Origin: a virus
Lineage: Duplodnaviria > Caudoviricetes
Virus record (IMG/VR): IMGVR_UViG_3300035498_000956
Length of the DNA stretch: 64,000 nt
Strand: one strand, 5' to 3'
The position numbers and the translations under genes were made by a program. The stretch's first letter is position 1. Every line of letters begins with the position of its first letter. Below are positions 58,471-64,000 of this stretch, in pieces. The notes below the pieces were generated by a model. It worked only from the letters and a program-made list of their open reading frames with translations. It was not told the origin of the DNA and did no database searches.

Positions 58471-61400
58471 ATGTTTCATCCATTTTTAGGATATCATGGT
58501 GGAAGCGGAGACGGAAGTGGAGGATCTGGTACTGATGGCAGAGGGATTGATTCTATTAGTTTTACTTCTAGTACTGGTGGCAGCACTGCAGGAATAGCTG
58601 GTGCGACTGATACTTATACTATTGTTTATACAGATGGTTCTACTAGTACTTTTAAAGTACAAAATGGTGCTGATGGTAAAGTTGGTAGTGACGGTAAAGA
58701 TGGTAAAGACGGTACTAATGGAACTAATGGTATTGACGGTAAAGATGGACAGTCGGCGTATGAAATATGGCGAGACAATCTAGATCCAGATGGTTCTGTA
58801 GATGAATTTTTACTATATATAAAAGGTAAAACTGGCGCGGATGGTCAAGATGGTGAGTCTTTAGATTATACATGGGACGGAACTAAATTAGGCATAAAGA
58901 AAGAAAGTGAAACAACTTACACTTATGTCGATCTACAAGGTCCTCAAGGTGAAAAAGGTGCTGATGGTACTAATGGTAAAGATGGTACTAATGGTGTTGA
59001 CGGCGCGCAAGGTCCAGCTGGTAATGATGGTGAAGATGGTATATCTGTTACTGATGCAAAAATTGATGACAATGGTCATTTAATTGTAACATTATCAAAT
59101 GGTAAGACAATTGATGCGGGTAATGCCAAGGGTGCGGATGGCCTACAGGGAGAAAATGGTGCAGATGGCACCAATGGCTCGGATGGTCAAGATGGTCAAG
59201 ATGGTAAATCGGCGTATAGAATTTGGTTAGATTTAGGTAATACTGGTAGTGAACAAGACTTTATCGATAGTTTAAAGGGAGATAAAGGCGATACTGGTGA
59301 AACTGGAGCTAATGGTCAAGATGGTCAGGACGGTACAAATGGTACTGATGGTGTTGATGGTGTTTCTCTTGATTTTCAATGGGACGGCACTAAGTTAGGT
59401 GTAAAAACATCCGAACAAACTGAGTACTCTTATGTCGATTTAAAAGGCGAAAAGGGAGATCAAGGTGAACAAGGTGTAGCTGGTGAAAATGGTAAAGACG
59501 GAGAAGATGGTGAAGATGGATTCTCTCCAGTAATTGAAGTCTTTAAGCACGTTATGACTTGGACTATTGCTACTAGTGAGACTCCTGGTAATGTAGCATA
59601 TTATAATAATGATACTAGCGTTACTAAATTTGATTTAACTGGTAGAGATAGCGTTGATATTATTTGCTGGTGGTTTGCTAACAGTAATGTTACAGATTCT
59701 ATTGATTTACAAATCGATTTCTATAAAGATGGACAAATAGTTAAAACAGATACAGTAGATGCTGTTACTAGTCGTCAACTTGAATATGAGACTACTGATT
59801 ATGATTATTTAACTATTACATCACCTAATAATATTAATGCAACTGGTCAAATTGTTTATAACGATGAGACTCAGGATGCTGGATATTTCTTAAAAATTAC
59901 TTATAAAGAAAACGATATTTTCCAAACAATAGTAACTGAGAATTTAAAAGGTTCAGATGGTGTTGATGGAGAAGCTGGCGCGACAGGTACAGATGGTATT
60001 TCTGTTACGGACGCAGAAGTAGATGAAAATGGCGATTTGATTATCACATTAAGCACTGGCGATAAAATCAATGCTGGTCACGTTAAAGGCGAAGATGGTA
60101 TTGATGGTGAAGCTGGTGGCGCGAAAGGTGATAAAGGTGACGATGGACGTGGTATAAAATCTGTTTCTGTTGATGAGGATGGTAATATTTATGTTACTTA
60201 TACTGATGAAACTACCGAATATGTTGGTAAAATTGAATTTACTGGTATAAAAGGTGACCAAGGTGAAAAGGGAGACACTGGTGAAAAAGGTGAACAGGGT
60301 GCTGATGGTCGTGGTATAGCATCAACTAGCATTGATGAAGATGGTAATCTATCTGTTACTTATACTGATAATGAAACTGAAGTCGTTGGTAATATAAAAG
60401 GACCAAAAGGTGACACTGGCTCAGCGGGCCAAAATGGTGTTGATGGAGATGACGGTATTTCTATCACTAATGCTGAAGTTAATAGTGATGGCGATCTAAT
60501 TGTTACATTAAGCAATAATACTACTATTAACGCTGGCAATGTTATGGGTGACGATGGAGACGATGGTCGTGGAATTAAATCTGTTGCTATTGATCTCACA
60601 GGTAATTTAACTGTATATTATACTGATGATACTGAGGAATCAGTAGGTAATGTTAAAGGACCTCAAGGCGAGAAAGGTGAGAAAGGCGACACTGGTGAAC
60701 AGGGCGAACAAGGTCTTCAAGGTGAAAAGGGTGATACTGGTGAACAGGGTATCCAAGGTGAGCAAGGTATTCAAGGCGAACAGGGTATCCAAGGTGAAAA
60801 AGGAGATAAAGGTGAAGATGGCATATCTATTACTGATGCTTCTATTACTGATGAGGGCACATTAAAACTCGAATTTAGTGATGGTAGTTCTAAAGATGTA
60901 GGTAAAGTTGTCGGAGCTGACGGTCAAGATGGTACTAATGGTACTGATGGAACAAATGGTACTGATGGTAAAGATGGCGTATCTCCAACTATTACAGAAA
61001 ATCCTGATAATACTTCTAAAGTTTATAAATTAAATATTACAAATGCCGATGGCACTGTTATTATAACTCCAAACCTAAAGGGCGCTGATGGTGATGGTAC
61101 TGGTGATAATACTAGTACAATTTTAATTGATAATTTTACAATTAAGAAAACTTCAGAAGATGAAGACGGAGTAATTTATGGCGCGGGTGCTGATATTACA
61201 GGAACAACTTATACTATTGATAATGATTATAATATTAGCTTACTAGACGATGCAGCGGAAATTAGTGATACTACTTCAACAACTCAAGCTGGTACTGGTG
61301 CGGAAATATTTAATGTTAGTAGACAAAATTTTGGTGATACTAACACTAACTATGCTGTTGGTAATTATTCTCATGCAGAAGGTACTGGTACTACAGCAGT

Positions 61401-64000
61401 AGGAATAAATGCTCATTCAGAGGGTAGAACAACTAAAGCTATTGGCGATTATTCTCACGCTGAAGGTGGCGGAACTACAGCAAGTGGTTCTACTTCTCAT
61501 GCTGAAGGTGGTGGCGCAACTGCTTCTGGAACAGGTGCACACGCAGAAGGTGGTGCTACTACAGCAAGTGGAAATAATTCTCATGCAGAGGGTGGAGAAA
61601 CCACAGCAAAAGGACAATATTCACACGCTGAAGGATACAAATCTATTGCTTCAGGCTTAAATTCCCACGCAGAAGGAGAAGAAGTTGAGGCTTCAGGAGA
61701 TACCTCTCATGCAGAGGGTTATAAAGCTCGTGCACTTGGTAAATATTCTCATGCAGAGGGTGTAAATGTTCAAGCAGCTGCAGAATCAACTCATGCAGAA
61801 GGTATAGCAGGCATTGCCAGTGGATATAATTCACACGTAGAAGGAAATGCAACATATGCATCAAGCGATTCAGCTCATGCAGAGGGCGAAGAAACTGAAG
61901 CAAGTGGATATAATGCACACGCAGAGGGTAATAATACTGAAGCAAGTGGAGATTACTCTCATGCTGAAGGTTTAGGTTCTACTGCAAATAAACAAGGTGC
62001 TCATGCAGAGGGCAATAGTACAGTAGCGAGCAGTTATAATGCTCATGCTGAAGGCGATAGTACAGAAGCAAGTGGTCCTAATAGCCATGCAGAAGGATAT
62101 AAGACTGTTGCTTCAAATCCATATGCTCATGCAGAAGGCATAAGCAGTACTGCTTCTGGAAATGCTACTCATGCAGAAGGTAATAGCACAATAGCGAGTG
62201 GAGATTATACTCATGCAGAAGGTTCTGAGTCTCAAGCAAGTGGTAAATATACTCATGCAGAAGGCTATAACACTACAGCAAGCATGATTAGCTCTCATGC
62301 AGAAGGCTATAAAACAACAGCAAGTTCATCATATTCTCATGCAGAAGGTGTTAGCACAATTGCAAAAGCAGCGAGTGCTCATGCAGAAGGAAATACTACT
62401 GTTGCATCTGGTGAAAATTCTCATGCACAAGGATGGGGAACTATTGCTGCTGGTGCTAATCAGGACGTTTCTGGTAAGTGGAATATTGCTGATGATACAA
62501 AAAGATATGCAATGTTAATTGGTGATGGTACATCTGATACTAATCGTCATAACTTATTTGGCGTTGGTTGGGATGGAAATATCTACATTAATGATATTGC
62601 TATTGATTTTACTAAACTTAATAATCTTAAAATTGAAGAAATTGACAGTGATGATACTACAGCAATAAAGGCATATAGATTAACTGATGGAACTGACACT
62701 TTAGGAGATATTATCAACATTCCTAAAGATTTAGTTGTAAAATCAGGTGAAGTACTTGAATGTACTGAAGAAAACAAGCCTCTAACTGGTTTGAAGGTTG
62801 GAGATAAATATATAGATTTGACTATTGCTAATTCTGATAACACTCATATTTACATTGATCTCAAGGATTTAGTTGATCCATATGAATTACCAATAGCAAC
62901 TGACACAATTCTTGGCGGCGTAAAAATTGATAAGTATACAATTCTTAGCAAAGATGATGGTACAATTTATGGTGTTGGCGCGGATGTAACTGGTAATGAA
63001 TTTTCAATTACAACAACATCTGATAGTAACATAGAAACTACAACGTCATATACAGCAGGGACTGGAGCAGAAGTCTTTAATGTATCTCAAAAGACCGCTA
63101 AAGGTATAATTAATGAAAATGTTGCGGCTGGTAATTATTCTCATGCAGAAGGTTTTGCAACTCATGCATTAGGAAATTACTCACATTCAGAAGGTAATCA
63201 TACTACTGCATCAGGAGATAATGCTCATGCTGAAGGTATTGCAACTGAAGCTCAAGCTAATTTCTCTCATGCTGAGGGTCAATCTACTATTGCATCAGGT
63301 TTATCAGCTCATGCAGAAGGAGCTGAAACTCATGCAACAAAAGATAATGCTCATGCTGAAGGTTCTAATACTACTGCTAGTGGATACAATTCCCATGCAG
63401 AGGGCGCATCATCTCAAGCAACAGGCGATTTAGCTCATGCTGAAGGTCGTACAACTACTGCAAGTGGAGATTCATCTCACGCAGAGGGATATCAAACTCA
63501 AGCAACAGGTTATGTAACTCATGCAGAGGGCGTATCTACAAATGCATCAGGAGAATATTCTCACGCAGAGGGCAATGCTTCAATTGCAAGTGGATCTGTT
63601 TCTCATGCCGAAGGTAGTCAAACACAAGCAAATGGTATTAGTTCTCACTCAGAAGGATATTTTATTGCAGAAACGGATGATACTAGTATAATTTATACTA
63701 TAGCTGATGGAACAGGCTCTCACGCAGAGGGCGTTGGTACTCATGCTATTGAAGAGGGGTCACACGCTGAAGGTTATAATACTATTGCAGGTCAAGAAGA
63801 AATTAAAAATGATTCAGACGAAATTACACAACAAAAGAGTACATATTGTCATGCAGAAGGATATAAGACTCAAGCTACTGGAGATATATCTCATGCAGAA
63901 GGTTGGAATACTCTCGCTAGTGGTACAAGATCTCACGCAGAGGGCGGAAAAACTACTGCAAGTGGAATTTATTCTCATGCAGAAGGAGTCAATACTACTG
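58471..64000 (+). CDS. Collagen-like / YadA-head-repeat fibre or adhesin protein (3' partial, more than 1840 aa)
   Basis: AAGGAGG RBS, ATG 58471, open frame to the window end (so missing from the ORF track); G-X-Y runs, DGQSAYEIW motifs, 14-aa SHAEG repeats. Confidence 0.9.
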   Translation, partial: MFHPFLGYHGGSGDGSGGSGTDGRGIDSISFTSSTGGSTAGIAGATDTYTIVYTDGSTSTFKVQNGADGKVGSDGKDGKDGTNGTNGIDGKDGQSAYEIWRDNLDPDGSVDEFLLYIKGKTGADGQDGESLDYTWDGTKLGIKKESETTYTYVDLQGPQGEKGADGTNGKDGTNGVDGAQGPAGNDGEDGISVTDAKIDDNGHLIVTLSNGKTIDAGNAKGADGLQGENGADGTNGSDGQDGQDGKSAYRIWLDLGNTGSEQDFIDSLKGDKGDTGETGANGQDGQDGTNGTDGVDGVSLDFQWDGTKLGVKTSEQTEYSYVDLKGEKGDQGEQGVAGENGKDGEDGEDGFSPVIEVFKHVMTWTIATSETPGNVAYYNNDTSVTKFDLTGRDSVDIICWWFANSNVTDSIDLQIDFYKDGQIVKTDTVDAVTSRQLEYETTDYDYLTITSPNNINATGQIVYNDETQDAGYFLKITYKENDIFQTIVTENLKGSDGVDGEAGATGTDGISVTDAEVDENGDLIITLSTGDKINAGHVKGEDGIDGEAGGAKGDKGDDGRGIKSVSVDEDGNIYVTYTDETTEYVGKIEFTGIKGDQGEKGDTGEKGEQGADGRGIASTSIDEDGNLSVTYTDNETEVVGNIKGPKGDTGSAGQNGVDGDDGISITNAEVNSDGDLIVTLSNNTTINAGNVMGDDGDDGRGIKSVAIDLTGNLTVYYTDDTEESVGNVKGPQGEKGEKGDTGEQGEQGLQGEKGDTGEQGIQGEQGIQGEQGIQGEKGDKGEDGISITDASITDEGTLKLEFSDGSSKDVGKVVGADGQDGTNGTDGTNGTDGKDGVSPTITENPDNTSKVYKLNITNADGTVIITPNLKGADGDGTGDNTSTILIDNFTIKKTSEDEDGVIYGAGADITGTTYTIDNDYNISLLDDAAEISDTTSTTQAGTGAEIFNVSRQNFGDTNTNYAVGNYSHAEGTGTTAVGINAHSEGRTTKAIGDYSHAEGGGTTASGSTSHAEGGGATASGTGAHAEGGATTASGNNSHAEGGETTAKGQYSHAEGYKSIASGLNSHAEGEEVEASGDTSHAEGYKARALGKYSHAEGVNVQAAAESTHAEGIAGIASGYNSHVEGNATYASSDSAHAEGEETEASGYNAHAEGNNTEASGDYSHAEGLGSTANKQGAHAEGNSTVASSYNAHAEGDSTEASGPNSHAEGYKTVASNPYAHAEGISSTASGNATHAEGNSTIASGDYTHAEGSESQASGKYTHAEGYNTTASMISSHAEGYKTTASSSYSHAEGVSTIAKAASAHAEGNTTVASGENSHAQGWGTIAAGANQDVSGKWNIADDTKRYAMLIGDGTSDTNRHNLFGVGWDGNIYINDIAIDFTKLNNLKIEEIDSDDTTAIKAYRLTDGTDTLGDIINIPKDLVVKSGEVLECTEENKPLTGLKVGDKYIDLTIANSDNTHIYIDLKDLVDPYELPIATDTILGGVKIDKYTILSKDDGTIYGVGADVTGNEFSITTTSDSNIETTTSYTAGTGAEVFNVSQKTAKGIINENVAAGNYSHAEGFATHALGNYSHSEGNHTTASGDNAHAEGIATEAQANFSHAEGQSTIASGLSAHAEGAETHATKDNAHAEGSNTTASGYNSHAEGASSQATGDLAHAEGRTTTASGDSSHAEGYQTQATGYVTHAEGVSTNASGEYSHAEGNASIASGSVSHAEGSQTQANGISSHSEGYFIAETDDTSIIYTIADGTGSHAEGVGTHAIEEGSHAEGYNTIAGQEEIKNDSDEITQQKSTYCHAEGYKTQATGDISHAEGWNTLASGTRSHAEGGKTTASGIYSHAEGVNTT
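61369..62430 (+). repeat. 42-nt tandem coding repeat, 26 copies (SHAEGxxTxASGxx, YadA/Hep_Hag-like beta-roll)
   Basis: CATGCAGAAGGT-type core recurring every 42 nt from 61372 to 62422. Confidence 0.9.
63139..64000 (+). repeat. Second block of SHAEG 42-nt repeats (with two insertions)
   Basis: Same repeat unit continuing to the window edge. Confidence 0.88.

Noticed and set aside
58601-63433. Several short ORFs on both strands within the fibre gene
   Set aside because: Alternative-frame shadows of the collagen and SHAEG repeats in the single long frame from 58471.
61369-64000. Diversity-generating retroelement template/variable repeat pair
   Set aside because: The repeats diverge at all bases rather than only adenines, and no reverse transcriptase is in the window.

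Overview
A 64 kb segment of a large, AT-rich (roughly 28-30% GC by eye) tailed dsDNA bacteriophage. Sigma-A-type promoters, AGGAGG ribosome-binding sites and anaerobic NrdDG suggest an anaerobic Firmicutes host. Plus strand 1-22.2 kb: a siphovirus-type tail module (tape measure gene split by three group I introns with a 30-nt micro-exon, Dit, large Tal/tail-tip protein), then a palindrome array and a five-gene Gln/Cys-rich cassette whose central membrane/coiled-coil gene carries a fourth intron. Minus strand 22.2-58 kb: replication and nucleotide metabolism genes (RuvC, dUTPase, ClpP, DnaE, RecJ, primase, intron-split DnaB, PhoH, AAA recombinase, SSB, three tRNAs, GyrA, intron-split GyrB, methyltransferase, NrdG/NrdD, PAPS-reductase-like protein, ligase, RNase H, dNMP kinase). 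Plus strand 58.5-64 kb: an uncalled collagen/YadA-repeat fibre gene of more than 1800 aa that runs off the window. The main unexplained signals are a ~580-nt promoter-driven structured non-coding region (45676-46254), strong over-representation of CGCSGCG written into synonymous codon positions, and the five-gene cassette with its upstream TTTGTGCAANTTGCACAAA palindromes. All assignments are by eye from motifs; no searches were run.
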